NCBI GenBank assembly: GCA_023246715.1
Contig: JAHFHZ010000002.1
Span: 1-62,786 of the forward strand
Origin: Candidatus Magasanikiibacteriota bacterium
GTDB lineage: Bacteria; Patescibacteriota; Patescibacteriia; Magasanikbacterales; GWA2-37-8
DNA: 62,786 nucleotides
Direction: 5' to 3'
Shown: positions 36,697 to 46,459 of the stretch, piece after piece
How positions within the stretch are numbered: the first letter of the stretch is position 1
Layout: each line of letters starts with the position of its first letter
The notes under the pieces: model-generated
Told to the model about the DNA's origin: nothing
The model's database searches: none
What the model saw: only the letters and a program-made list of their open reading frames with translations
Translations under genes and position numbers: made by a program

Positions 36697-37380
36697 ATGC
36701 GCACCAGGCCTAATCCGATTGATCGGATAGAAATTATTGAGCCGCCGTTGGAAGAACTCACCAAGCGCCGATCTAGCTTTTGGGCCACCTGCCTCGCCGG
36801 GGCTGGTTGTTTGGGTTTACTGATCGTTCTTGGCTTTGTCGGGGTGCGTTTTTTGGTTGGCCCGGGACCAAGCGTGATTAAAGTGCTCCCAGAATCATTC
36901 CCCAAGACAATTCCGATTTACGACAAAGAAAATATTGAACGCATTACTCTTATTCCTAGCCGCTATAAAAATCGTGGACTGCGCATTGCGGGGGTAATTC
37001 CCAAAATCATTCTTTCTCCCCTCTTACCCAAAGAAACGAACGAAGGCGGCGTCAAACAAACATCCGGGCCGTTCTCCGCGATAGGCAGCTGGCTGGGCCA
37101 GGCAGCCAAAGATGCAGAAAATCAACACGATACATTGCAAATAGAATGGACGGCGCTGACTGCTGACCCCGGATTTGTTATTTCGTATTATAAAAATGAG
37201 CTCCGCAAGCAATCGTTCCGCATTACCGAGGAAACCACCGGCGATGAACTGCACCAGTTTTCATTTACCGGCGCAGGAGATATCAGCGGCTCACTCTATG
37301 TACAAATCACCAAAGGGAAAAGCAGCGGGACAGATTACATGACGCTCACCGTCAATGTTCCCGCACAAAAAACAAAATGA
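36697..37380 (+). CDS. Hypothetical single-pass membrane protein
   Basis: 227-aa ORF, one TM helix (CL.G.GC motif), co-oriented with murJ. Confidence 0.7.
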   Translation: MRTRPNPIDRIEIIEPPLEELTKRRSSFWATCLAGAGCLGLLIVLGFVGVRFLVGPGPSVIKVLPESFPKTIPIYDKENIERITLIPSRYKNRGLRIAGVIPKIILSPLLPKETNEGGVKQTSGPFSAIGSWLGQAAKDAENQHDTLQIEWTALTADPGFVISYYKNELRKQSFRITEETTGDELHQFSFTGAGDISGSLYVQITKGKSSGTDYMTLTVNVPAQKTK

Positions 37381-37413
37381 TTATTTTGTATAGTTTAAGA
37401 CAAAACTTCTTTT

Positions 37414-39030
37414 GTGTTTCGTTTCTTGAATAGCACAACTTCTTCGGTAACGACTTCGGCCGTGATAATTTCGGTGGCGACGCTGGCCAGCCGGGCCGTA
37501 GGCATTGCCCGGGACCGGATTCTAGCCCACGCGTTTGGCGCCGGGCCTGTTTTGGACGCCTATTATGCCGCGTTTAAAATTCCCGATCTGATTTATAACT
37601 TACTCATCGTCGGGGCACTCACGGCGGGATTTATTCCGGTTTTTACTAAGCTACTTACGGAACGAGACGACCGTAAACGAGCTTTTGGCCTGGCAAATAA
37701 TTTCATCACGATTATCGGGGTATCCTTGGCGGTAATTGGCGCGCTGGGGGCGCTAAGCGCACCATTGCTCAGCCGGCTGATAGCGCCGGGCTTCGCCGGC
37801 GAGCGCTTTACCTGGCTTGTTTCGTTCATGCGAGTGATGTTCTTATCCCCCTTCTTACTGGGCATATCCATGGTGCTCGGCGGTATTTTACAATCACTCC
37901 GGCAATTTGTGTTGTATTCAATCGCGCCGGTTTTTTACAATGTCGGGATTATTATCGGAGCGCTTTTTTTAACGCCCCGTCTAGGCGCGATCGGCCTGGC
38001 TTGGGGCGTAGTGCTGGGCGCTTTTCTGCACCTGCTGGTACAAATGCTTGGCGCATACCAAAATGAATACCACTGGCGCTGGCGATTTGACACCGCCGAC
38101 AGCAATACAAGACGGGTGGCAAAATTAATGGCTCCACGCACAATTGGTTTGGCGGTAAGCCAATTGAACCTGGTGATTTTGACTATACTGGCCTCATTTT
38201 TGCCATCTGGCAGCGTGGCGGTCTATAACTTTGCCTCCAATTTACAGGCCGTGCCGATAGGGCTGATCGGTATCCCCTTCGCTTTGGCAGTCTTTCCCCT
38301 GCTTTCTGAAGCAGCAGGCCGGAGTGATACTAAAGAATTTGTTACCCAAGCTAGCGCGGCACTCCGACAAATTTTGTTTTTAATTTTGCCGGCAACGGTC
38401 CTTTTGCTCTTGCTCAGAGCGCAAGTTATTCGAGTCGTGCTTGGTAGCGGCGCGTTTGATTGGGCCGCCACTATCGCGACTGCCGACGCTTTAGCCTTAT
38501 TTACGCTTAGTTTGTTTGCTCAAGCCACGATCCCCTTGCTGGCGCGCGGGTTTTACGCGCTCAACAACACCTCGACGCCGTTGGTCATCGGGGTATTGAG
38601 CGAATTGGTAACAATTATTTCTGCTTTATCTTTAATGAAATATTTAGGCGTCGCGGGCTTGGCTTTGGCCAGCTCGGTAGGGGCGGTTTTGAACGCGGTC
38701 TTATTATTTATTTTTTTGCGCCAAAAATTAGGCGGCTTTGAGGATGAAGCGGTTTTTCGCCTGGCCGCCAAGGCATTCTTTGCGGCGCTCTTAATGGCCT
38801 GCGCGATACAGCTGACTAAATACCCAGCCGCGGCCGTGGTCGACCAACAACGCTTTTGGGGTATCTTGCTGCACGGGGCGATTTCTGGTACGGTAGGCAT
38901 CCTAGTCTACGGGGCTGCCTGCTATGTTTTACGGGTTCAAGAAATGATGCAGTTCAGCCAGGCGGTGAAAAAACACTGGTTTCGGCTCTGGCGAATGCCT
39001 ATCGGGATTGATGAAGCAAAAAAATTATAA
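37414..39030 (+). CDS. murJ: Lipid II flippase
   Basis: SR..G..RD..LA..FG, DAY.AAF.IPD, FIPVF, about 14 TM helices. Confidence 0.95.
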   Translation: MFRFLNSTTSSVTTSAVIISVATLASRAVGIARDRILAHAFGAGPVLDAYYAAFKIPDLIYNLLIVGALTAGFIPVFTKLLTERDDRKRAFGLANNFITIIGVSLAVIGALGALSAPLLSRLIAPGFAGERFTWLVSFMRVMFLSPFLLGISMVLGGILQSLRQFVLYSIAPVFYNVGIIIGALFLTPRLGAIGLAWGVVLGAFLHLLVQMLGAYQNEYHWRWRFDTADSNTRRVAKLMAPRTIGLAVSQLNLVILTILASFLPSGSVAVYNFASNLQAVPIGLIGIPFALAVFPLLSEAAGRSDTKEFVTQASAALRQILFLILPATVLLLLLRAQVIRVVLGSGAFDWAATIATADALALFTLSLFAQATIPLLARGFYALNNTSTPLVIGVLSELVTIISALSLMKYLGVAGLALASSVGAVLNAVLLFIFLRQKLGGFEDEAVFRLAAKAFFAALLMACAIQLTKYPAAAVVDQQRFWGILLHGAISGTVGILVYGAACYVLRVQEMMQFSQAVKKHWFRLWRMPIGIDEAKKL

Positions 39031-39039
39031 CGTACCCCC

Positions 39040-40857
39040 ATGCCAAGTACCGAACATATCAGAAATTTTTGTATTATCGCCCACATCGATCACGGCAAAT
39101 CCACGCTGGCTGATCGTTTTTTAGAATTGACCCACACTGTTTCGGAACGCGAAATGAAAAGCCAACTGCTGGATTCCATGGATCTGGAACGGGAACGCGG
39201 CATTACCATTAAACTAACGCCGGTGCGCATGCGCTACACGCACAACGGCCAGGAATTTGAAATGAACTTGATTGATACTCCTGGTCACGTGGATTTTAAC
39301 TACGAGGTGTCGCGCTCGCTCGCGGCCGTGGAAGGCGCAATTTTGTTGGTTGACGCGACCCAGGGAGTACAGGCCCAGACAATCGGGAATCTGTATCTGG
39401 CGTTAGAACAAAACCTGAAAATTATTCCGGTGATCAATAAGATTGATCTGCCGATTGCGGACGTTCCGAAAACCACCGCTGAAATTATTCATTTACTTGG
39501 TTGTGAACCGGAAGAAATCCTTTTGGCCTCTGGCAAAAGCGGGCAGGGCGTGCGCGAAATCCTCGACACAGTCATTGAACGCATCTCCCCGCCCCGTGAC
39601 CATTCGGACCGACCGGCTCGGGCGTTGATTTTTGACTCTTCTTTTAACGAATACAAGGGGGTAGTAGCTTCGGTACGCATGGTAGACGGCCAGATGAAAA
39701 AGGGCAATAAAATTTTTTTGATGAGCACGCAAACCCCAGCCGAAGCATTGGAGGTGGGATTTTACGTGCCGAAATTTAAAACGGCTGAAACGCTTTTAAA
39801 TGGCGAGATTGGTTATGTCGTCACCGGCTTGAAAGAAGTTCGGGATTGCCGCGTGGGCGACACCATTACGCTGCTCGGGGCGGATAAGCAATCTGGCCTC
39901 GCCGCCGAACCGCTGCCAGGTTATAAAGAAGTTAAACCGATGGTCTACGCGGGTATTTTTCCTAAAGAAGGCGATGCCTACGAAGAATTACGCGACGCAA
40001 TCGACAAATTAAAATTGAGCGATTCGGCATTGGTATACGAAGCCGAACATTCCCAGGCGCTGGGATTTGGTTTTCGCTGTGGTTTTTTGGGGATGTTGCA
40101 CCTGGATATTTTCCAGGAACGCCTCAAGCGCGAACACGCGCTGGAAGTGGTGATTACGGTGCCAAGCGTGGCCTATCGGATCACCACTACCAGCGGTGAA
40201 ACTACTTTTATAAAAAGCCCTCAGGAAATGCCGGAAATGGGCAAAATTGCCGACGTGCAGGAACCGATCATGAAGGTGGATATTATTACCCCCAAAGATT
40301 ACGTGGGCGGGGTAATGGCCCTAGTATCGGAACGCCGCGGCCGTTACCTGACGACTGAGTATTTAAGCAGCGGAGTTGACCAACGGGCGCTGCTGCACTA
40401 CGAGCTGCCGCTCGCCTCGCTGATCACGGATTTTTATGATAAACTGAAAACAGCCACCTCGGGATATGCTTCGCTGAATTACGAAATTAAAAACTACGAA
40501 GCAACTAAAATAGTTAAATTGGATATTTTGGTAGCCGAAGAGCCAGTAGAAGCGCTGTCCACCCTAGTTTGGAGCGAGGAGGCTTTTAAAATCGGCAAAA
40601 AAATCGTCGAATCACTCAAGGAATCTCTCCCCCGCCAACAATTTGAGCTTAAAATACAGGCGGCGGTAGGCGGCAAAGTGATAGCGGCCGAGCGGTTGAG
40701 CGCCTTGCGCAAGGATGTATTGGCGAAAATGAGCGGCGGCGACTATACCCGCAAAATGAAGCTGCTGCAGAAACAAAAAAAAGGCAAGCAGCGGATGAAA
40801 AGCCACGGCAAGGTGGACATTCCAAGCGAAACCTATCTGGCCGTGTTGAAGCGATAG
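39040..40857 (+). CDS. lepA: Elongation factor 4
   Basis: IRNFCIIAHIDHGKSTLADR, DTPGHVDF, NKID, GFRCGFLGMLH, KQKKGK.RMK. Confidence 0.98.
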   Translation: MPSTEHIRNFCIIAHIDHGKSTLADRFLELTHTVSEREMKSQLLDSMDLERERGITIKLTPVRMRYTHNGQEFEMNLIDTPGHVDFNYEVSRSLAAVEGAILLVDATQGVQAQTIGNLYLALEQNLKIIPVINKIDLPIADVPKTTAEIIHLLGCEPEEILLASGKSGQGVREILDTVIERISPPRDHSDRPARALIFDSSFNEYKGVVASVRMVDGQMKKGNKIFLMSTQTPAEALEVGFYVPKFKTAETLLNGEIGYVVTGLKEVRDCRVGDTITLLGADKQSGLAAEPLPGYKEVKPMVYAGIFPKEGDAYEELRDAIDKLKLSDSALVYEAEHSQALGFGFRCGFLGMLHLDIFQERLKREHALEVVITVPSVAYRITTTSGETTFIKSPQEMPEMGKIADVQEPIMKVDIITPKDYVGGVMALVSERRGRYLTTEYLSSGVDQRALLHYELPLASLITDFYDKLKTATSGYASLNYEIKNYEATKIVKLDILVAEEPVEALSTLVWSEEAFKIGKKIVESLKESLPRQQFELKIQAAVGGKVIAAERLSALRKDVLAKMSGGDYTRKMKLLQKQKKGKQRMKSHGKVDIPSETYLAVLKR

Positions 40858-40860
40858 CCT

Positions 40861-40956
40861 ATGAAACATAAAACCATCAAACAGCTCTGGGTATTTTTTT
40901 CGATCATCATGATTTTGGCGATGATTGGTTTTACGGTTTTGCCGGCGTTTCAATAA
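40861..40956 (+). CDS. 31-aa single-TM peptide (not in the ORF track)
   Basis: MKHKTIKQLWVFFSIIMILAMIGFTVLPAFQ*; fills the gap 3 nt after the lepA stop and 13 nt before the next ATG. Confidence 0.7.
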   Translation: MKHKTIKQLWVFFSIIMILAMIGFTVLPAFQ

Positions 40957-40969
40957 ACCACGTTTTACA

Positions 40970-41383
40970 ATGAAAATTCTTCGCCGCTACCAACTGGATA
41001 TTATTTTTTTGTTCTTCGCGTTTGGGGTTATTTTGCGCGTTGCTCTTTTAACATTACAGGGGCTTGGAATTGACCCTCATCGGGTAGAATGGTATGTAGC
41101 CGCGCCGCTTATTGCTTTATACGGCGCGTACTTGTGGGAGATTCGTAACCGTATTAGTATCTCCGACCGACGGCAACTAACCGGCAAAAGCCTGATTTAC
41201 TGGATAACTCTCGGTATTATCGTGAGCGTGAATTACGCTGAACCTTTGGCCGTTAACGAGTACTGGTCAATGGATTTATTGCTGCTCTTGTTTACCTTAT
41301 TCTTAGCCGATTCGTACTGGGATTTTAAAAAATTGCGTTTGCGGAATTTGTTTAAGAGCGAATTGCGTACTACTGAATTATGA
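40970..41383 (+). CDS. Hypothetical 4-TM membrane protein
   Basis: Hydrophobic ORF from MKILRRY; ATGA overlap with recJ. Confidence 0.75.
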   Translation: MKILRRYQLDIIFLFFAFGVILRVALLTLQGLGIDPHRVEWYVAAPLIALYGAYLWEIRNRISISDRRQLTGKSLIYWITLGIIVSVNYAEPLAVNEYWSMDLLLLLFTLFLADSYWDFKKLRLRNLFKSELRTTEL

Positions 41384-43176
41384 AAAAATGGAATATCTCC
41401 CCTCCCCCGCCGGATTCCTTTTTAAGCGATCATCCTGAATTACCCCCGATTGTAGCCCGGCTGCTGTGGAATCGTAAATTAGACACGCAAGAAAAAATTG
41501 ATGAATTTTTAAACCCGGATTACTCGCAGGATCTGCACGATCCTTTTTTATTCCAAGACATGGTTAAGGCGGTTGAGCTGATTACGAACACCATTGCCGC
41601 TGGTGAAAAAATTACGGTTCATGGCGATTATGATGCCGACGGTGTCTGCGCGGCCGTGGTTTTGATCACCACACTTAAAAAAATAGGCGCTCCGGAGGTG
41701 GGCGTTTTCTTGCCACATCGCGAAACGGATGGGTACGGATTGAACCTGAACACGGTACGATTATTAAAAGAAAATGGCACATCGTTAATCATTACTTGTG
41801 ATTGCGGCATCAGCAACACGGCTGAGGTGGCCCTGGCCAAAGAGCTGGGACTGAGGGTGATTATTACCGATCATCACGCTATGCCGGCACAATTCCCCCC
41901 GGCCGACGCGATCATTCATCCGCTCGTGCCAGGTGAAACATACCCCGACAAAGGCCTAGCCGGCGGTGGGGTAGCTTTTAAACTGGCCCAAGCGCTTTTA
42001 CAGACTCATCACAAAACAAACTCCGTTTTACCAGACGGACAGACCCACGAAGGGTTTGAAAAATGGCTACTCGATCTGGTGGCAATTTCTACTGTGGGCG
42101 ATATGGTGCCACTGATTGGTGAATCACGCACGCTGGTTCGCTACGGATTGACGGTGCTGAATAAAACCAAAAATTTGGGACTGCGCAAGCTGCTTTCGGG
42201 CGCGGGCATTGCCGACGAGCAAGGCCGCGCCAAAAAAAGCGCTTTTGACGCGCGGACAATTGGTTTTCAGATCGCGCCCCGGATTAACGCGGCCGGGCGC
42301 ATGGATCACGCCAACGTGGCCCTCGCTCTGCTGACCGCGGCCACCGAGCAAGAAGCCGAGGATTTAGCCGCTCAGTTGCAGCAAAACAATACCGACCGGC
42401 AAAAATTAACCGAACAATTGGTGAAGCAGGCACGGGCACAAATAAAAGGAACCGAACAAGAAAAAAACCCTATTTTATTCGTGCTGGGCGAAGGTTGGAG
42501 CACCGGCATACTCGGGTTGATCGCCAGCCGACTGAAAGATGAATTTTATAAACCGATTTTGGCGATGGGTTTGAATAAAGGGGTCATCACGGGCTCGGGG
42601 CGCAGTATTAAAGAATTTAATCTTATCAAGGCACTACAAAGCATGCCGGAATTTTTCTTAAAATTCGGTGGGCACCCACAAGCTTGCGGATTTTCTCTCA
42701 GAAGTCCGGAGCTGCTTGAAGATTTTAAAGCCGCGCTGACGCAAAAAACGGCCGAGGGTGTGGTGGATGTTGATTTGACCCCCCAAATAAACGTGGATGC
42801 CGAAGTAACCCTGGAAGAAATTAACTGGAAATTATTTGATTTGCTCCAAAAATTTGAGCCATTTGGACAAGCCAACGAAGAACCTTGCTACGCGGCCTAT
42901 GGATTAACAGTGGTCGCAATTGAGCCGGTAGGCCAAGATGGCAAACATTTGCGCTTATTACTTAAACACAATTCCCACACCGTGCGTAAAACTATTGGAT
43001 TTGGCCTGGGAGACGTGAATCGCCACCCTGAAAATTGGCGAGAGATGCTTAAGCCGGGAGATAAGATAGACTTAGTGTTTACGGTCGGGGTAAACGAATG
43101 GAACGGGAACCGGGAATTACAACTGACCGTAGAAGATTTGCGGTCTGCCGTTGAAACCGCAACGCCAAGCATTTGA
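41380..43176 (+). CDS. recJ: ssDNA-specific exonuclease
   Basis: GDYDADG, TCDCG, TDHH, PRINAAGR, GSGRS, GGH..ACG, PFGQAN. Confidence 0.97.
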   Translation: MKKWNISPPPPDSFLSDHPELPPIVARLLWNRKLDTQEKIDEFLNPDYSQDLHDPFLFQDMVKAVELITNTIAAGEKITVHGDYDADGVCAAVVLITTLKKIGAPEVGVFLPHRETDGYGLNLNTVRLLKENGTSLIITCDCGISNTAEVALAKELGLRVIITDHHAMPAQFPPADAIIHPLVPGETYPDKGLAGGGVAFKLAQALLQTHHKTNSVLPDGQTHEGFEKWLLDLVAISTVGDMVPLIGESRTLVRYGLTVLNKTKNLGLRKLLSGAGIADEQGRAKKSAFDARTIGFQIAPRINAAGRMDHANVALALLTAATEQEAEDLAAQLQQNNTDRQKLTEQLVKQARAQIKGTEQEKNPILFVLGEGWSTGILGLIASRLKDEFYKPILAMGLNKGVITGSGRSIKEFNLIKALQSMPEFFLKFGGHPQACGFSLRSPELLEDFKAALTQKTAEGVVDVDLTPQINVDAEVTLEEINWKLFDLLQKFEPFGQANEEPCYAAYGLTVVAIEPVGQDGKHLRLLLKHNSHTVRKTIGFGLGDVNRHPENWREMLKPGDKIDLVFTVGVNEWNGNRELQLTVEDLRSAVETATPSI

Positions 43177-43197
43177 AAGCTCAACGCGTGATAGATT

Positions 43198-43230
43198 AAA
43201 AAATAATCCCTTTTGTCGGGATTATTTTTT
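43198..43230. terminator. Bidirectional intrinsic terminator
   Basis: AAAAAATAATCCC-7 nt-GGGATTATTTTTT between convergent genes. Confidence 0.8.
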
Positions 43231-43236
43231 ATTGAG

Positions 43237-43554
43237 CTATTCCGCTTCTGATTGCAATTCTTTTTCCAATTTATGCCAACGCTTTTTGAGTTCTTTGACG
43301 AGCATGGCTTTCATATCCATGGCCAGTTCTTTTTTACGGCCGTACTCTTCCACAGCCCGTTCTACCAAAGCGTCATACATTTCTTCGGTCGGGCCTTCTA
43401 GTTGTTTCAGGCTAGCTTTAATTTCGCTGTAGAGCGGTTCTAAATGAGCCATCAGTTTGACCCGCAATTCCTTACCTTTGGGGGTAAGATTGAGCCATAC
43501 AAGGCCGGCTCCCACCAGGCCTCCGAGTAATAATCCTTTATTAAAACGTCCCAT
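43237..43554 (-). CDS. YtxH-like protein
   Basis: GLLLGGLVGAG...L.PK.GKELR. Confidence 0.75.
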   Translation of the reverse strand: MGRFNKGLLLGGLVGAGLVWLNLTPKGKELRVKLMAHLEPLYSEIKASLKQLEGPTEEMYDALVERAVEEYGRKKELAMDMKAMLVKELKKRWHKLEKELQSEAE

Positions 43555-43564
43555 AGCTAATAAA

Positions 43565-44134
43565 TTATACGCGTGAATAAGCCTGAATCGTTGCGGTATA
43601 AAGCAATTTTTTAAGAGATTCTGTATTTGTTTCGACTCTTAGTAGTTTACTTTTTTCCTTAAAATAATTCAAGGGCTGGCCAGGATCGCCACAGGCAATA
43701 ACATACCGCGCCACCTCCGCCAGGCGCGGCAGATAATACGCGTTATACAAACGCAGGCCAAGGCTGAATACATCACGAATGAATAGGGGCCGATACCACG
43801 TAATAATCACGGGTTTTGCGGGGTTTAATCGCGCCAAACGAAGCAGATCCCCGGCTCCGCCAAATAATGGGCAGTGCAGATGAACTAGATCGAAATGAGT
43901 AAACAATTTTTTCATTTCCGAGGCATGGCTGGCTCCTTGAAATTGCCGACCCGGTGAAATTTCGGCCAACCGAGCGCGGCGAGCGCGGGTTGGCATTTCA
44001 TAATCAATCGTGAACGGTTCGGCCGGGATGCCGGCATAATTCAAAGCGTCCACCAAACCGAAAGCGGCTTCTTGAATATCGTCAAAATAATCAAAGGCAG
44101 CCGGAATTAAATGCACAGTTCGTAAATCGCGCAT
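43565..44134 (-). CDS. Stand-alone GT-B (GT4) N-terminal-like domain protein
   Basis: FDLVHLHCPLFG resembles FDLVHLHYPWYG of the neighbouring GT4; no C-terminal donor-binding domain. Confidence 0.55.
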   Translation of the reverse strand: MRDLRTVHLIPAAFDYFDDIQEAAFGLVDALNYAGIPAEPFTIDYEMPTRARRARLAEISPGRQFQGASHASEMKKLFTHFDLVHLHCPLFGGAGDLLRLARLNPAKPVIITWYRPLFIRDVFSLGLRLYNAYYLPRLAEVARYVIACGDPGQPLNYFKEKSKLLRVETNTESLKKLLYTATIQAYSRV

Positions 44135-44146
44135 ACAGACAGCAGC

Positions 44147-44965
44147 TTAGGTTTTTTTCACCACTATATGCAGGTTGGGCGATGGTACGCGGCAAAGCAA
44201 GAATGATTCTAAAGACACCAAAGCGTTGACCATGCGGCGGCCCAACAGCCCGATACCCCCCGGACCGACGGGCAATTGTTGAAAAAATTCTTCGTTATTG
44301 AGCTGAGTTTGATTCAGCGCGCGGGCGGAGCGGGCCATGAGCATAAACACGGCAATGCCGAGCAATTGACCCAGTACATGTTCACTATAACGCCGACTCA
44401 TAACGGCATACCCCGCTTCGCTACATAAATTATTCACCGCGGCACGTGAAAAATATTGAATATGACCGGCAAAGCGGCGGGTAAGATTTTTTTTCAAACC
44501 CACCATATCTAACCAATGCCAAAACGACAGGGAATCCCCCTCGCAGGGAACGAAACAATATAAAATCCCGCCGGGCTTAAGGACGCGCCGAATTTCGGCC
44601 AAGAACGCGGCCGGATTATCGACGTGCTCTAAGACATCAAACACTACCACCGCGTCAAAAAATTCAGAATTATAGGGCAGCTTTTCGTCGTTGGCCAATT
44701 GGTAGCTGACCCCGTCATTATACCAGCGGGCGGCGGTTAACGCCGGAGCGCTAATATCGCACCCGTGGCATTGCCAACCGGGGCGTAATTGCTGTAGGGC
44801 GCGAATAAACTGGCCGGCACCACAACCGACTTCCAGCACACTGGCATTGTCGGGCAAACCTCGCAGCGCCCGCAGGCACTCGCGCAGCCGAATGCTGGTG
44901 GGGCTCCCCATCGACAGCGAAGCAGTGCCACGCCCCCAGAGTGTTTTGGAATAATCAAAATCCAT
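44147..44965 (-). CDS. Class I SAM-dependent methyltransferase
   Basis: VLEVGCGAG, GCDIS, FDAVV.FDVLEH, LKPGG. Confidence 0.9.
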   Translation of the reverse strand: MDFDYSKTLWGRGTASLSMGSPTSIRLRECLRALRGLPDNASVLEVGCGAGQFIRALQQLRPGWQCHGCDISAPALTAARWYNDGVSYQLANDEKLPYNSEFFDAVVVFDVLEHVDNPAAFLAEIRRVLKPGGILYCFVPCEGDSLSFWHWLDMVGLKKNLTRRFAGHIQYFSRAAVNNLCSEAGYAVMSRRYSEHVLGQLLGIAVFMLMARSARALNQTQLNNEEFFQQLPVGPGGIGLLGRRMVNALVSLESFLLCRVPSPNLHIVVKKT

Positions 44966-44967
44966 AG

Positions 44968-46089
44968 CTAAAACGTTTTATATGTTTGTTCTAAGACCTC
45001 CAAATGTCTTTCCCAACTAAAATTACGGATTTTTTCTTGCGCGCGAGTGGCGTACTGTTGCCGCTCCGGCAGGCTTAACATTAAAGCATCTTCGAGCGCT
45101 GCGGCAAACTGGGTGGCCGAAGCGCTTGGCTCAACCAACCAACCAGTAACGCCCTGCTCCACTCGGCCATGGTAGACCGGCAAATCCATGGCTACCACCG
45201 GGCAGCCGGTGCTCAACGCTTCACTCACCACCAACGAGAATGATTCAGTAAGCGAGGGAACAGCTACGCAGGTAGCCAAACGATACAGTTGAGCGAGGCG
45301 GCCCGGATCGGTGACGGCACCCACGAATTTAACCCGCCCGGCAATACCGAGTTGGATGGCTAATTTTTGATATTGAGATAGCTGGTATCCCCCGCCGACG
45401 ATTACCAATACAGTCTGAGTATTTTCTAACAGCGCGAAAGCGTGAAGCAAAAAATCTAACCGTTTTAACGGGATAGGGTTACCAACAAAAAGTATTACTG
45501 GCTGGTCGATAGGCGCAATACCGGCAACGGCCCAATTCACACTACCGGGTTTGAATAGTTCATTATTTACCCCGGGAGGTAGAGTGACAATACGTTCCGG
45601 GGCAATTAGGGGCCTAAAACGGCTGCCTGCAAAATGTTCTTGGCTAACCGTGAACACAGCTTTGGCACGCGTTAAGAGCAATCGCGCCCACAGGGTATCG
45701 GAAATCACTTGCACGGCCCGTTTGAACAACCCAATCGGAGCGGCATCCATGTGGTACGTAACAACGTATTTTATTTTAAAAATCAAAGCGGCGCTCCAAA
45801 ACGGTTTTTCGGCCCCATACCAGGGATAGTGCAAATGAACAAGATCAAACGAGCGTAGCAACCAGAATAATTGCGGTACCAGGCCGGCATCTCCCCACCG
45901 GGGCAGACCACGCAACCGCCGAATGGTTACGCCAGCAACAATTTCTTGCGCCGCTTGGCCATGGTAGCGCAAGGTAAAAATAGTTACGTCATGGCCATTC
46001 TTGACCAGGCCCATCGCTTCGTGCCAGGCAACCATGCCCATTCCGCCGGGGCGAGGCGGCAAAGTGGCGACAACATGCGCAATCTTCAT
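44968..46089 (-). CDS. Glycosyltransferase family 4
   Basis: GGMG, ILFVG...PLKR, PS..ESFSLVVSEA...G.PVV, FSW. Confidence 0.92.
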   Translation of the reverse strand: MKIAHVVATLPPRPGGMGMVAWHEAMGLVKNGHDVTIFTLRYHGQAAQEIVAGVTIRRLRGLPRWGDAGLVPQLFWLLRSFDLVHLHYPWYGAEKPFWSAALIFKIKYVVTYHMDAAPIGLFKRAVQVISDTLWARLLLTRAKAVFTVSQEHFAGSRFRPLIAPERIVTLPPGVNNELFKPGSVNWAVAGIAPIDQPVILFVGNPIPLKRLDFLLHAFALLENTQTVLVIVGGGYQLSQYQKLAIQLGIAGRVKFVGAVTDPGRLAQLYRLATCVAVPSLTESFSLVVSEALSTGCPVVAMDLPVYHGRVEQGVTGWLVEPSASATQFAAALEDALMLSLPERQQYATRAQEKIRNFSWERHLEVLEQTYKTF

Positions 46090-46433
46090 ACCTGCTTAAT
46101 TGTTTTGGTTTCTTTTTCTAAAAGCGCTAATTTGCGAACCACTTTGGTGAGATCGCGATTGAGCCGTTCAATTTTAACCAACAATAAAAAAAGCACGAAA
46201 AAAGCCAGGGCTAGGGCGCTATACACCACCAAATCTGCTCCCCGGCCAATGCCGACACGCTCAGCCAGCCGAGCGGTGAGGTTGGGGTTGAGGACAACTA
46301 TGGCGGCTATCACCCAGAAGCCAACCCAGGCCAGAGCGGGGGGAAAACTAAGTTCTGCCTTTTTCCAGCGGCCAATGACTTTCAGGGCAGCCAAAAAGAA
46401 AAAACCAGTTAATACCACTTGAATAATAAGCAT
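46086..46433 (-). CDS. DUF2304-like membrane protein
   Basis: 3 TM helices, GIGRGADLV.Y, C-terminal IE.L...LT..VR.LAL. Confidence 0.85.
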   Translation of the reverse strand: MLIIQVVLTGFFFLAALKVIGRWKKAELSFPPALAWVGFWVIAAIVVLNPNLTARLAERVGIGRGADLVVYSALALAFFVLFLLLVKIERLNRDLTKVVRKLALLEKETKTIKQV

Positions 46434-46459
46434 ACGATTATTTTAACTACTGATGCTGA

